The notes beneath the pieces were generated by a model. That model was not told where the DNA came from and made no database searches. It was given only the letters and a program-made list of their open reading frames with translations. 64,000 nt of DNA, from assembly GCA_965217895.1 (NCBI GenBank), contig CBDCJV010000002.1, positions 4,768,001 to 4,832,000 of the forward strand, given 5' to 3'. This DNA is from Waterburya sp. GTDB taxonomy: Bacteria > Cyanobacteriota > Cyanobacteriia > Cyanobacteriales > Xenococcaceae. This document shows, piece by piece, positions 1 through 10,319 of the stretch (its first letter is position 1; each line of letters starts with the position of its first letter). The position numbers and the translations under genes are program-made.

Positions 1-1430
1 TAGTTAGGCAGATAGAACTCCATCCAGACATGGTTAAAGTCAGGCTGCAAAGGCATATTCAGCTTGAGAGGATCGCCAGGACATTTGTATCTACCAACGG
101 TACGACAGGCAATACCGTTAAGACGACACAAAGCTAGGAGTAAGCCTAGATATTCTCCACAAGAGCCAACACCGCGCTTAAGCACAATATCGGGAGTATC
201 AATATGAGGCTTGATGCCGTAGGCTAATTTATCATAGACATAATTGCGGATACTGTAAACTTGACGCAAAATATTCGTTTCTGAACCGATCGCGCTAAGG
301 GCAGCTTGGCGAATAATCTCTGTATCCATGGCTAAATTATCGTTATCTGTCAGATATTTTTGTTGATATTCCTCCTTGAGTGCGGGAACGTTTTCGCAAT
401 CATTAGGTTTGATTTGATATTTGATACTCCAGACTTCTAAAATTGCTTTCCAGCCAAAGATATAACGTTGCCCAGAATTAAAATTAGCAAACTTAAATAC
501 GGCAATTCGTTGCCCATCCTTAACTTCTTCGGTAAACGGTAAGCCGATCGCGCTGACTTCTCTGATTTTCTGTCTGTTTGTCTCGGCAGGTAAAGCCATA
601 CGCCACTCTAAGTCTTTAAACTCGATAGGATCGAGAGGAGAAACCTCCTCTGCATAAGACATCTCCACTAAATAGCCGTTAGAAAGAGCATATTTTTGCT
701 CGCGGTTATAATGAAAATAAAGCGGATGAATAAAAGTGTGATCGCGATACTGCAATTCGTAATTTGGTTCGGCGTTGGGGTTGTCGCGGATATAGACCTC
801 GCGATCGGCATAGGCTATATATAAAGTCTCTTTTTCTGTTTCTCGATCGAGATCGAACGCTAATCCCGTCGGCGAGGTGAAGGGAGTCAAAACACTAAAA
901 ATAGTTTCTCCTGTTGCCCGATCGAGACAGTAAACAGTTTGTTCTAAAGTATCACTCAGCCAGATCTCTTCATCTTTAATGGTAATGTTTTCTACACCAA
1001 TTCCAGGGGCATAAAAGTGGGTGATTTTAGTACGGCGATCGCGATCGTAAATTAAGATCTTGCCTTGTTTTTGACTGGTGAGATAAATTGTCGATTCCCA
1101 AACAGCAATTCCTTCAATGTCACAATCTAAGCGTAAAAATAATTGTGGTTCAAAATCTTGCGTGACCAACGAACAACAGTAAACGCATTCTCGATTGGTA
1201 AACCAAAGAACATTATCAGTAATGGCTAAACCTGTTGCGCCCAAAAAATCTGACCAGTAATGAGTATTTAAAACCCTAGTGTTGTTAGTCTCTGGCTCAA
1301 TCTCCAATAAATAACCACTTTGAGAATCGATCGCCCAAAGAAAGCCTTTATGAAACACAATACCGTAAATAGAACTAGCCGCGATCGGTCTGATGGTTTT
1401 ACTAGTCTCAGCAGCCTGCTTGGAGATCAT
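1..1430 (-). CDS. Transglutaminase-like domain protein (3' end runs off window)
   Basis: Hand translation of the minus strand from ATG at 1430 (MISKQAAETSKTIRPIAA...); GSCGEY catalytic Cys motif and NHVWMEFY motif near the window start; missing from the ORF track because it is truncated. Confidence 0.85.
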   Translation of the reverse strand, partial: MISKQAAETSKTIRPIAASSIYGIVFHKGFLWAIDSQSGYLLEIEPETNNTRVLNTHYWSDFLGATGLAITDNVLWFTNRECVYCCSLVTQDFEPQLFLRLDCDIEGIAVWESTIYLTSQKQGKILIYDRDRRTKITHFYAPGIGVENITIKDEEIWLSDTLEQTVYCLDRATGETIFSVLTPFTSPTGLAFDLDRETEKETLYIAYADREVYIRDNPNAEPNYELQYRDHTFIHPLYFHYNREQKYALSNGYLVEMSYAEEVSPLDPIEFKDLEWRMALPAETNRQKIREVSAIGLPFTEEVKDGQRIAVFKFANFNSGQRYIFGWKAILEVWSIKYQIKPNDCENVPALKEEYQQKYLTDNDNLAMDTEIIRQAALSAIGSETNILRQVYSIRNYVYDKLAYGIKPHIDTPDIVLKRGVGSCGEYLGLLLALCRLNGIACRTVGRYKCPGDPLKLNMPLQPDFNHVWMEFYLPN

Positions 1431-1520
1431 ATACTCAGTCAAAAGTTTTTATTTATTAGATTTTATAGTTGTTTGGTCGATCAAAGTGTCGATTTTGAAC
1501 AATAAATAATGAAGTTTGTC

Positions 1521-1563
1521 GTTAGTAATTGGTAGTTGGTAGTTGGTAGTTAGTCGTTTGTAG
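1521..1563. repeat. Heptamer tandem repeat (GGTAGTT-type, STRR-like)
   Basis: ggtagtt units; related runs at ~4764-4822, ~10108-10140, ~22300-22326, ~33378-33445. Confidence 0.7.
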
Positions 1564-1644
1564 CATAGAAACCCGCCCTAACTGTCCGATCGAAGCGTTA
1601 CTAGTTGTTATACAGTTATGAAATAAAACAATTAGCTTTTTTGT

Positions 1645-2469
1645 ATGAGTTCTTACGTGCCAACTAACCAGTCTATTTTAGATGCTCTACAACGTTTAAT
1701 TGAAGTAGTTGCTCAATTGCGATCGCCTGATGGGGGATGTCCTTGGGATTTGGCACAGACACCACAAACCCTAATTCCCTATGTGATTGAAGAGGCGTAT
1801 GAAGTGGTGGATGCAATTCAGGGCGAGGATAAAAAGGCGATCGCCGAAGAGTTGGGAGATTTATTGTTACAGGTGGTGTTACAAACTCAGATAGCTAGCG
1901 AACAGCAAGACTTTACCTTAGAAGAAGTCGCTACAGGCATCACCGAAAAGCTCATTCGTCGTCATCCTCATGTATTTGGTGATGTAGAAGTTAATAGCGC
2001 AGCCGAGGTTAATCGAAACTGGGAGCAAATTAAAGCTATTGAAAAAGGGGAAACTCCAGAACAAGCTAGGTTACTCAGCCGTAAGCTGGAGCGTTATGCC
2101 CGCAGTTTGCCCCCTTTAATGGCAGGGATGAAAATATCTAAAAAAGCTGCCTCAACAGGTTTTGAATGGTCAAATGTCCAGGGAGTTTGGGATAAGTTTG
2201 ATGAGGAGTTGGCAGAGTTCAAAGAAGCTTTGGCAAGCGATAATAAAGTTCACCAGCAAGAAGAATTAGGCGATTTACTATTTACCATCATTAATATTGC
2301 CCGCTGGTATGGTTTAAATCCTTTTGATGGCTTACAAGGAACAAATCGTCGCTTTATTCAACGTTTGACAATAATGGAAAAGTTCGCCACCCGTCCGCTT
2401 TCAGACTACGATATCAATGAGTTGGAATCCCTTTGGCAACAGGCTAAGGCACTGCTAAAAGACGAGTAA
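1645..2469 (+). CDS. mazG: Nucleoside triphosphate pyrophosphohydrolase MazG
   Basis: GCPWD, EEAYEV, EELGDLL motifs; tandem MazG domains. Confidence 0.95.
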   Translation: MSSYVPTNQSILDALQRLIEVVAQLRSPDGGCPWDLAQTPQTLIPYVIEEAYEVVDAIQGEDKKAIAEELGDLLLQVVLQTQIASEQQDFTLEEVATGITEKLIRRHPHVFGDVEVNSAAEVNRNWEQIKAIEKGETPEQARLLSRKLERYARSLPPLMAGMKISKKAASTGFEWSNVQGVWDKFDEELAEFKEALASDNKVHQQEELGDLLFTIINIARWYGLNPFDGLQGTNRRFIQRLTIMEKFATRPLSDYDINELESLWQQAKALLKDE

Positions 2470-2500
2470 TGAAGCTATCAAATAAATTTGATGTGAATAA

Positions 2501-3667
2501 ATGGCGACATACGATTGGATTGTAATTGGTGCAGGTATAACTGGTGCTTGTCTTGCTTATGAGCTTAGTCAACAGGGATTTACGGTACTTCTATTAGAAA
2601 AAGATCCCAAACCTGATAACGCTACTGTATATAGCTACGGCGGTTTACCTTACTGGTCAGGGGTAGATGATTTGACTCGTATTTTAGGCAAAGAAGGAAT
2701 CGAGCTACATCGCAACTTAAGCGAAGAATTGGGAGGAGAAACGGAGTTTGGAGAGCTAGATTTGGTATTAACCATAGATCGCCAAGACGATCCTGAAGTC
2801 ATTGCTCAAAATTACGATCGCTTTGCTATTACTCCAGAATTATTAAGCGTTCAAGATGCCTGTATCTTAGAACCCTTACTCAACCCAAATGCGATCGCCG
2901 GAGTATTAAAGTTACCTCATGGTCATATTCATCCCCAAAAGACTACCGATGCCTACCTGCAAGCATTCAAACGTAACGGGGGCAAAATAGTTTATCAGGA
3001 GGTAGTAGATTTACTGCGTCAAAAAGATAGTGTTACGGGAGTGCAAACCCAGAATAACCTTTATCGCGCTGCAAACACCATAGTCTGTGCAGGGGGACTA
3101 TCGCGATCGCTTTTACAACAGGCAAACATTACCGTAGGTAACTATTTCACCCATGCTCAACTAATTACTACCCCTCCCGTAGATTTAGAATTGGCAACGG
3201 TAGTTATGCCAGCCGTACAGCAAAGATTTAGCTTACAAGCCAAAGCCCAAGAATTTGAGCCAGAAACCGCCTGGAATCCCCCTTACGATCGGCTTGCTCG
3301 ACTAATCCTCGATCCTGGGGCAGTACAGTTTCAAGACGGTAGCTTGTGTATAGGACAAATTAGCGCGATCGCTCCTAACCCAACCAAGCTCAATCCCTTG
3401 GCAGCAGAAGCACAAATCCGCGAACAGGTGGGTAATGTTCTACCCCTATTGGAAGATATTCCAGGTACTTGTCACAGTTGTTTGGTGGCGTTTAATAATC
3501 AGGCGATCGCTTTAGTTGGTAATTTAGCTGATATTCAGGGAATTTATTTATTTTCAGGCTTTACCAGTACTTTAGTATTTGCCCCCGTACTGGCTAGACG
3601 TTTTGCTCATTGGGCTTCAGGCACAGAAGATAAAATTATTGAACAGTTACAGTGGGCTATTAAGTAA
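2501..3667 (+). CDS. FAD-dependent oxidoreductase (DAO/glycine oxidase family)
   Basis: N-terminal VIGAGITG dinucleotide-binding motif, 388 aa. Confidence 0.85.
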   Translation: MATYDWIVIGAGITGACLAYELSQQGFTVLLLEKDPKPDNATVYSYGGLPYWSGVDDLTRILGKEGIELHRNLSEELGGETEFGELDLVLTIDRQDDPEVIAQNYDRFAITPELLSVQDACILEPLLNPNAIAGVLKLPHGHIHPQKTTDAYLQAFKRNGGKIVYQEVVDLLRQKDSVTGVQTQNNLYRAANTIVCAGGLSRSLLQQANITVGNYFTHAQLITTPPVDLELATVVMPAVQQRFSLQAKAQEFEPETAWNPPYDRLARLILDPGAVQFQDGSLCIGQISAIAPNPTKLNPLAAEAQIREQVGNVLPLLEDIPGTCHSCLVAFNNQAIALVGNLADIQGIYLFSGFTSTLVFAPVLARRFAHWASGTEDKIIEQLQWAIK

Positions 3668-3818
3668 TTATGCTGTAAGGACGACAAAAAGTTAGAGTAG
3701 CGAAAAATAATCTTCCTCGAACCTTGAAATAGTTATAGTGATTTCCGAAAGTCGATTACTTTGTAATTGACGATAAAATATAAGTAGGAAGAAAAATTAA
3801 GATATTGTTACTAGATAT

Positions 3819-4382
3819 ATGGCTACTGTTGTTGCAGTTGAAAAAAAGAAATTAGAACAACCTCCCTTAGATATTCATTATTTGGGCGATCGCGTTTTGC
3901 GTCAGCCAGCTAAACGCATTGCTAAAGTAGATGATTCTATCCGTGAAATAATCAAACAGATGTTACAGACTATGTATAGTGCTGATGGCATTGGTTTAGC
4001 TGCCCCCCAGGTAGGGATTCATAAGCAACTTGTGGTTATTGATATTCATTTAGACAACCCCGACGTACCGCCTCTAGTTTTAATTAACCCGAAAATTATC
4101 AAATCCAGCAGCAACTTTTGTACAGGTGAAGAAGGCTGTTTGAGTATTCCTGGAGTATATTTGGACGTAATTCGCCCTGAGGTTATCGAGGTTTCTTATA
4201 AAAATGAACAGGGAAAACCCAGTACACTAAAAGCAACTGGTTTACTTTCCCGTGCCATCCAGCATGAAATGGATCACCTAAATGGTGTAATGTTTGTAGA
4301 TCGAGTAGATAATAATCTTGCTCTCAATGAAGAGTTGAATAAAAGAGGTTTTGCCGTCAGCGCGGTCAAACCAGTTAGATAA
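3819..4382 (+). CDS. def: Peptide deformylase
   Basis: GIGLAAPQ, EGCLS, HEMDH motifs. Confidence 0.97.
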   Translation: MATVVAVEKKKLEQPPLDIHYLGDRVLRQPAKRIAKVDDSIREIIKQMLQTMYSADGIGLAAPQVGIHKQLVVIDIHLDNPDVPPLVLINPKIIKSSSNFCTGEEGCLSIPGVYLDVIRPEVIEVSYKNEQGKPSTLKATGLLSRAIQHEMDHLNGVMFVDRVDNNLALNEELNKRGFAVSAVKPVR

Positions 4383-4423
4383 TGAATATATAAAAGCGGT
4401 TAACTATAAGAGGAGTAAGTAAA

Positions 4424-4633
4424 ATGATTTCAATGACACCGAAGAGTGGTGTATGTTTACTTTTGTGCTGCATTACGGCGATCGCAGCAGTAGGTTCAGT
4501 TTTTGAACTATCTTCTGGTAATCCCGAATTGGGCAGCATGGTTACAGGGTTAATCTTAGCTGCCAGTATTCCCCTCACGGGAATCTTGTTTTGGGTAGCG
4601 GTACAAGATACTAGAGCTAATCAAGGCGAATAG
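4424..4633 (+). CDS. Small two-helix membrane protein
   Basis: AGGAG Shine-Dalgarno, two hydrophobic segments, directly follows def. Confidence 0.75.
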   Translation: MISMTPKSGVCLLLCCITAIAAVGSVFELSSGNPELGSMVTGLILAASIPLTGILFWVAVQDTRANQGE

Positions 4634-4763
4634 TAATAAGTAAGTTTTACGCTTGCATATCTACTAATCCAATAATGAAATGACGTTGGTTGCTCAAAGT
4701 CCCAAAGAGATTGCCAGCGTGGAGTGAGCAATAATTAACTGTAGTTATTTCTGTCTAGGTACT

Positions 4764-4822
4764 TAGTAGTTTGTAGTAGGTAGTCAAAAAACTACTAACC
4801 ACAAACTACTCACTAATCACTT
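4764..4822. repeat. Inverted heptamer-repeat hairpin between convergent genes
   Basis: tagtagtttgtagtaggtagt followed by its approximate complement actactaaccacaaactact. Confidence 0.55.
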
Positions 4823-4868
4823 ATTAAAAGCTAAAACCGCAATTCCAGAATATTTACCGACAAGCAAG

Positions 4869-5411
4869 CTATTTCTTGGGAGATAACATCATCATCATGT
4901 TACGTCCTTCCCGCTTGGGGAACTGCTGAACTTCAGCATACTCTTCCAAATCTTTAGCCATTTTACGTAGCAGATCTTCAGCTAATCTAGAGTGTTGAAT
5001 TTCCCGACCACGGAAGCTGATAGTAGCTTTGACCTTATCGCCAGATTTTAAGAAGCGTTGAGCATTTTTGACGCGCACATTATAGTCATGCTCCTCAATT
5101 TTGTAGCGCATTTTCACTTCTTTAACGTCAGCATTATGCTGTTTTTTCTTCGCTTCTTTAAGTTTTTTGTCCTGCTCGTATTTGTATTTCCCATAGTCCA
5201 TAATCTTACAGACAGGAGGCTTGGCGGTTTCGCTGACTAAGACCAAATCTAGACCCTTTTCTTGGGCTCTGGTCAGAGCTTCTCTAGGAGTAATTATTCC
5301 TAATTGCTCACCTTCAGAGTCGATTACACGAATTTCGGGGAAGCGGATTCTTTCGTTAGTTTTGGTTAGATCGCGACTATTATTACTGCGTCTTCTATCT
5401 CTCACAGGCGT
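4869..5411 (-). CDS. infC: Translation initiation factor IF-3 (start probably ACG at 5411; GTG at 5405 is the alternative)
   Basis: [37 protein letters not shown] motifs. Confidence 0.95.
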   Translation of the reverse strand, partial: TPVRDRRRSNNSRDLTKTNERIRFPEIRVIDSEGEQLGIITPREALTRAQEKGLDLVLVSETAKPPVCKIMDYGKYKYEQDKKLKEAKKKQHNADVKEVKMRYKIEEHDYNVRVKNAQRFLKSGDKVKATISFRGREIQHSRLAEDLLRKMAKDLEEYAEVQQFPKREGRNMMMMLSPKK

Positions 5412-5616
5412 ATTTTTTCTTTCCTTTTGTATTAGTAATATTTGTGAACTAAAAAATAAGATGATAAAAAGTTATATCTTCTTCTATTTTACTAACATTG
5501 CTATTAATAGAATATTAAGTTAATTTTATCTTCTTATTTAAATTATCTTCAATCTAACAATAGATATACCTTGGGTAACAATAGTATAGTATGTAAATAT
5601 TTATAAAGTAAGAAAT

Positions 5617-6513
5617 TTGATTATAAACCAATCTTGGCAAGAGCGTATTGGCAATCAAAGAGACTGGGTTTGGCGAGGATGGCAAACTCGCTATAGTTAT
5701 CTAAAAGCTCAAGATAACAATAATTGCCCTCCAGTAATCCTCGTTCATGGTTTTGGTGCCAGTATTGAACATTGGCGTAAGAATATACCAGAGATCGCCC
5801 AATACCATACAGTATATGCTATAGATTTACTGGGTTTTGGTGCATCAAGAAAAGCAGACACAAAATATAGTGCAGGTTTATGGACAGAGCAACTACATGA
5901 CTTTTGGCAAACCTTTATCGGCACTCCTGTAATTTTAGTCGGCAACTCGGTCGGTTCATTAGTTTGTTTAAACGCCACTGCTACTTATCCAGAAATGGTT
6001 AAGGGTTTGGTAATGCTTAGTTTGGTAGACGCATCTGCAAGAGAAGACACACTATCATCTTTCCGTTCTCTGGTGACAAAAATTGAAAGTGTGTTTGCAT
6101 TTCCCTGGTTGATCAAAAGTATTCTTAAAATAGTTAGAAGACCAAACTCGATCCGTCGTGGTGCAGAAATAGCTTATCCTAACAAGCAAGCAATAACAGA
6201 TGAGCTGGTAGAAATTCTTTCAAATCCTGCTTATGATGGAGGTTCAGAGCAAACTTTTCTTTGTTTATTCCGTAGCGTCAGAAAAGCTGGTTTTGCCAAG
6301 CCAGTTAGGGATTTATTGCCACAGATAACCGCTCCTATGCTCTTAATTTGGGGACTGCAAGATAAAGTTATACCTCCTAAGCAAGCTCGTGCGATCGCAT
6401 CACTCAATCCTGGTTTAAAGCTAATAGAATTACCAGATGCAGGGCATTGTCCCCATGATGAATATCCAGATAAATTTAATTCTCTGCTGCTAAAGTGGCT
6501 CGAATCTATATAA
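5617..6513 (+). CDS. Alpha/beta fold hydrolase
   Basis: HGFGAS oxyanion motif, GNSVG nucleophile, GHCPHDE. Confidence 0.9.
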   Translation: MIINQSWQERIGNQRDWVWRGWQTRYSYLKAQDNNNCPPVILVHGFGASIEHWRKNIPEIAQYHTVYAIDLLGFGASRKADTKYSAGLWTEQLHDFWQTFIGTPVILVGNSVGSLVCLNATATYPEMVKGLVMLSLVDASAREDTLSSFRSLVTKIESVFAFPWLIKSILKIVRRPNSIRRGAEIAYPNKQAITDELVEILSNPAYDGGSEQTFLCLFRSVRKAGFAKPVRDLLPQITAPMLLIWGLQDKVIPPKQARAIASLNPGLKLIELPDAGHCPHDEYPDKFNSLLLKWLESI

Positions 6514-6549
6514 TCAAGTTAGAAATTGTAAACATAACTTTAGTTAACT

Positions 6550-6765
6550 ATGGCAGGCATTAAAAAGGGAACGCTAGTTCATGTAGTCAAGGAAAAACTC
6601 GAAGGCAGCTTAGAAGGAAAAGCTAGTGATGTTCGCCTTCCTTCTTACTTGTTTGACAGTAAAGGGGAAGTTTTAGATCTTAATGATGAATATGCTTTAG
6701 TCCAGTTTTATGTTCCTACTCCTAATATTTGGTTGCGTTTAGATCAATTAGAAGAAGCAAAGTAA
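6550..6765 (+). CDS. ndhO: NDH-1 subunit O
   Basis: IKKG...ASD.RLPSYLF...[13 protein letters not shown] signature. Confidence 0.93.
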   Translation: MAGIKKGTLVHVVKEKLEGSLEGKASDVRLPSYLFDSKGEVLDLNDEYALVQFYVPTPNIWLRLDQLEEAK

Positions 6766-6840
6766 TTAGTTAAGTGACGTGCCAATTTAATATGCTTATA
6801 GTTAGGAAGGTGTTTTGACCCAAGCAAAGCTGCTACGACT

Positions 6841-9084
6841 TTACCAATTTGTATCAGTTACTAACGACTCGATCCCGTCATGAGGTGTCCAATGAACTAC
6901 TCCCTCTTGAAGGTTGTAAACCTGAATTTTATCCCTGTCTCGTCGAGTAATTTCTTGGGGTTTATTCGAGGCAATGATTGATTGAGGCTGTAATTTTAAC
7001 CAGGCTGCTTCAATCTTATTGCTTACAAGAATCGGCAGTTTTTGATTTGAACCTGCTTGAATATATTGCTGAAGCCGATCCGCATCAGGCTTTGTATTGT
7101 TTAATATTAGCCAGGTATTCATTGCTGTATCTAATTTTAAAATTGATAGCTGACGGTCAAACAATATTGTTAAAGATTTGGTGGCAATTACTTGCTTAAA
7201 TTGAACCTGAGACTTTTTACTAGATGGTGCAAGAGGTTCTGAGTTGGGATTAGCAACAAGATGCTCGATAGGCAGGCGATCGCTAATTGCTGACCAATTA
7301 GATTCAACCCCTGGGCTTGAAATGGCATAATTTATTTGGTTAACGCCTTGGTTTGTTAAAAATGGCAACAGGCTATATTTAATATCCTTTGGTTCACCAG
7401 TATTAATTAATACTACTTTGCCTTGATCTTGAATAACTATAATTGGTTCAGGCTGTGCAGGCAAGACGGTAATCTGAGTTAAATTGAAATGCTGATATGT
7501 TATGGGAACAATAATTGAAGTTAAAACGCCGAGCAAAACTAGCTTTAAATGTTTGCGCCACCAGTTGCTCACTAGAACCAAGAGAAATAACCCGTAGATA
7601 GTTAATAATACACCTAGAGAGATTTGTCCGATCGCCCAAGAGCTGACTGGTAAACTGCTAAAAAAGCTAATTATTGCCATTAGTAACAGAGTGGGATAAA
7701 GCAATACCCAGGCGATCGCGCTACCGACAATAGGCATAATCAAAGCCGCGATCGCACTTATCATTCCTCCCAGGCTAATTACGGTAATTAAAGGCGTGCA
7801 AATAATGTTGACGATGACGCTATAGGTAGCAACCGAATTGAATTTATAGCTTAATAATGGCAGTACCCAAACGGTCGCAGCTAAAGGCACGGCAACTAAA
7901 GTAGCGATCATTGGCGGTAGCCAATCTAATCTGGCTATTAAACCAGGCATGGTCACAATTAAGCCAAAAGTTGCCAAAAAACTAAGCTGAAAGCCGAGAT
8001 CGCTAATAAATAAGGGATTGAATAGCAAAATGATGGTTGCAGCTAATAAAAGCGAACCCAACGGTTTAACTTTAGTATCCATGACTAAAGCTATTAGTAC
8101 CGCCACCCCCATTAAACAGGCACGAAATACAGAAGCTTGGATTCCCGTTAAACCCAGATAAACTAATAGAGTACCGATGCCGATAACTAGTCGAGGTTTA
8201 GCAGCCAAACGATTAGTTATCTTTAAAATAATTCCTAAGAGCAGAGATACATGAAAGCCAGAGGCAGCAAGCACATGAGCCAATCCAGCCTCAATAAAGC
8301 GATCGCGAATATCAGTAGGTAAATCTACCGCTTTACGCCCTAGAATCATTGAACTTACTAGCTGACCCATCGGACTACCCAAACCCTTTAACTGACTTCT
8401 GACAATCCGCCTGCGTAGCTTCCACCAACCCCAGCTAGGTTCAGTTTGCTCACTAAAAACCGCTTCAGATCCCTGTATTCCTGCAAATACACCCTGACGG
8501 GCAAGATACTCTTGAAAATCAAAACCACTAGGAGTTTTGGCAGCTTGGGGTAAGTATAAAGATCCTTTGAGCTTTAAATTTTGCCCAGGATAAATCCCTG
8601 TTCCCTGCAATAAAGGTAAAGTTGCGTAAATCTTTCCCGATACTTGTTCTTTATCTCCAATTCTGGCAGCTTTCAGCAAAAACTTGAGACGTTGATTATC
8701 GTTTAATCTAGGTTCGGTTAAAACCTTTCCTGCTACGGTAACAAACTCACTATTAGAAGCAGTAACTTGATAGCTAATATCGTTGCTATGTGGCTGAGGG
8801 ATACGCATCTGAAAATAAGCGATCGCTAAGATGGCAACTAAGGCTGTACCCAACCATTGTTTGTAAGCTCTTGTGATTATTTTGAGAGCGTTTAATTTCG
8901 CTGGTGTACCTTTCCCAAACCCATTATCAACTAAAACAGCGATCGCACTTAAGCTAAGCGATCCTGCTATGAGCCAAATTAACTGTTGTCCAGTAAAACC
9001 AGAGCTAGAAAAAGCAAACAAATTGGTTGATAGTAGGCTGACAATATATGTCAAACAAAGAATTATCCAACTGTGGCGATTCAT
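6841..9084 (-). CDS. comEC: ComEC/Rec2 DNA uptake channel
   Basis: GLAHVLAASGFHV, GFQLSFLAT motifs; many TM helices. Confidence 0.93.
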   Translation of the reverse strand: MNRHSWIILCLTYIVSLLSTNLFAFSSSGFTGQQLIWLIAGSLSLSAIAVLVDNGFGKGTPAKLNALKIITRAYKQWLGTALVAILAIAYFQMRIPQPHSNDISYQVTASNSEFVTVAGKVLTEPRLNDNQRLKFLLKAARIGDKEQVSGKIYATLPLLQGTGIYPGQNLKLKGSLYLPQAAKTPSGFDFQEYLARQGVFAGIQGSEAVFSEQTEPSWGWWKLRRRIVRSQLKGLGSPMGQLVSSMILGRKAVDLPTDIRDRFIEAGLAHVLAASGFHVSLLLGIILKITNRLAAKPRLVIGIGTLLVYLGLTGIQASVFRACLMGVAVLIALVMDTKVKPLGSLLLAATIILLFNPLFISDLGFQLSFLATFGLIVTMPGLIARLDWLPPMIATLVAVPLAATVWVLPLLSYKFNSVATYSVIVNIICTPLITVISLGGMISAIAALIMPIVGSAIAWVLLYPTLLLMAIISFFSSLPVSSWAIGQISLGVLLTIYGLFLLVLVSNWWRKHLKLVLLGVLTSIIVPITYQHFNLTQITVLPAQPEPIIVIQDQGKVVLINTGEPKDIKYSLLPFLTNQGVNQINYAISSPGVESNWSAISDRLPIEHLVANPNSEPLAPSSKKSQVQFKQVIATKSLTILFDRQLSILKLDTAMNTWLILNNTKPDADRLQQYIQAGSNQKLPILVSNKIEAAWLKLQPQSIIASNKPQEITRRDRDKIQVYNLQEGVVHWTPHDGIESLVTDTNW

Positions 9085-9147
9085 AGAGCAGCAAAGTTAT
9101 GACAACGCTTCCCAGTAAAACACAGCCATAAAACTTACGCCTTAAAA

Positions 9148-9324
9148 TTAGAGATTGTTGGTAAAAAGAAAATTTAATTTTCCTGCTGTTGGGTAAGGTC
9201 GTATTAAGGGTAACGAGGTATTTGGAGTACTGGGGTAGCGAGGTGTCTACTCTATCCCTCTCCACCTCTCCATGTTCACCACTTCTCCATCCTTTTAACA
9301 TTTACACTCTACAAGCAGTTTCTT
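9148..9324. mobile_element. MITE-like element, copy 1 (same family as 59666-59815)
   Basis: Ends ttagagattgttggtaaa / tctacaagcagtttctt; internal gaggtatttggagta and ttcaccacttctccatcctt shared with copy 2. Confidence 0.65.
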
Positions 9325-9558
9325 GCTCTGTCACAGGCGAAAAAACTCAATTGAAAGTTTCGTAGTCTCAATGTTGGCTATTTTACAAAAATGCCTTGGA
9401 TGTATTTTGATAACTTCCTAAAAATCACTGGTCATAATGAATGTAAACCATTTAACCTAATTGAAACAACAGCTTGTAAATCAATTATAGACAGGATAGG
9501 GGTGAAATAATCGGACTACTCAATAGTTAGATACGCCCTAACTGTTGCAATAAGGCTA

Positions 9559-10104
9559 ATGCAAACTTTGATAAACGAGTCTACAACTATATTTTTTAAG
9601 GCAGGAAGTCAGCTACCACCAAAAAAAAATCACCTTTGGTTAATTGTTTATGGAGTGGTCAAAACTTATACCTATAGAGAAGATGGAACATTAGTCACTT
9701 TGGGCTTTTGGGGTAAAGATGATGTGATTGGTAATAATTTATCTAGCCTCGATCTTTATTGGCTCAAGTGTCTAAGTGATGTTGGCGCGATCGCAATTCC
9801 TCTGGAAAAAAAAGCTACTTTAACTACACAGCTTTTATATCATGGACAGCAAACTCAACAGTTAACCTATATCATCCGTAACAATCGAATTGCCAAACGT
9901 TTATGGCTGCTCTTGAAATGGTTGGGCAAGAAGTTTGGACGGGTAATTAAACAGGGAAACCTAATTGACTTTAATTTAACTCATCAAGAATTAGCTGAAG
10001 CTATTGGGACAACTAGAATTACAGTCACCAAGGTTTTAAATCAATTTGAACGAGAAGGTTTGATTCTGCGACCAAAAACTAAATGTATCATTCTTAAGGG
10101 ATAA
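9559..10104 (+). CDS. Crp/Fnr family transcriptional regulator
   Basis: LTHQELAEAIGTTRITVTKVL HTH; short beta-roll N-domain. Confidence 0.9.
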   Translation: MQTLINESTTIFFKAGSQLPPKKNHLWLIVYGVVKTYTYREDGTLVTLGFWGKDDVIGNNLSSLDLYWLKCLSDVGAIAIPLEKKATLTTQLLYHGQQTQQLTYIIRNNRIAKRLWLLLKWLGKKFGRVIKQGNLIDFNLTHQELAEAIGTTRITVTKVLNQFEREGLILRPKTKCIILKG

Positions 10105-10212
10105 AAGAGTTAGTAGTCTGTAGTTGGTAGTTAGTAGTTAATTTTCTGTAAGTTTTCTCTTCTTTGCTATCCATAGCAAGCGTTTAGGTATTTCATATCA
10201 GTAGCTCAAAAT

Positions 10213-10243
10213 AAAAAGCTGTCCTGTAAGCTTAGAGGACAGC
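10213..10243 (-). terminator. Intrinsic terminator of groESL
   Basis: gctgtcct/aggacagc stem followed by a T-run on the minus strand. Confidence 0.7.
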
Positions 10244-10319
10244 CTTCAATATAATTAAGGTAATTAAGATGTTAGACCATTAACTTCAAGCCAAAAGCCA
10301 AGAGCTAATAGCTAACAGC

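Noticed and set aside
1320..1505. Short antisense or overlapping ORFs here and inside real genes (e.g. 5058, 5221, 26151, 30539, 36057, 59360)
   Set aside because: Shadow frames of well-supported genes
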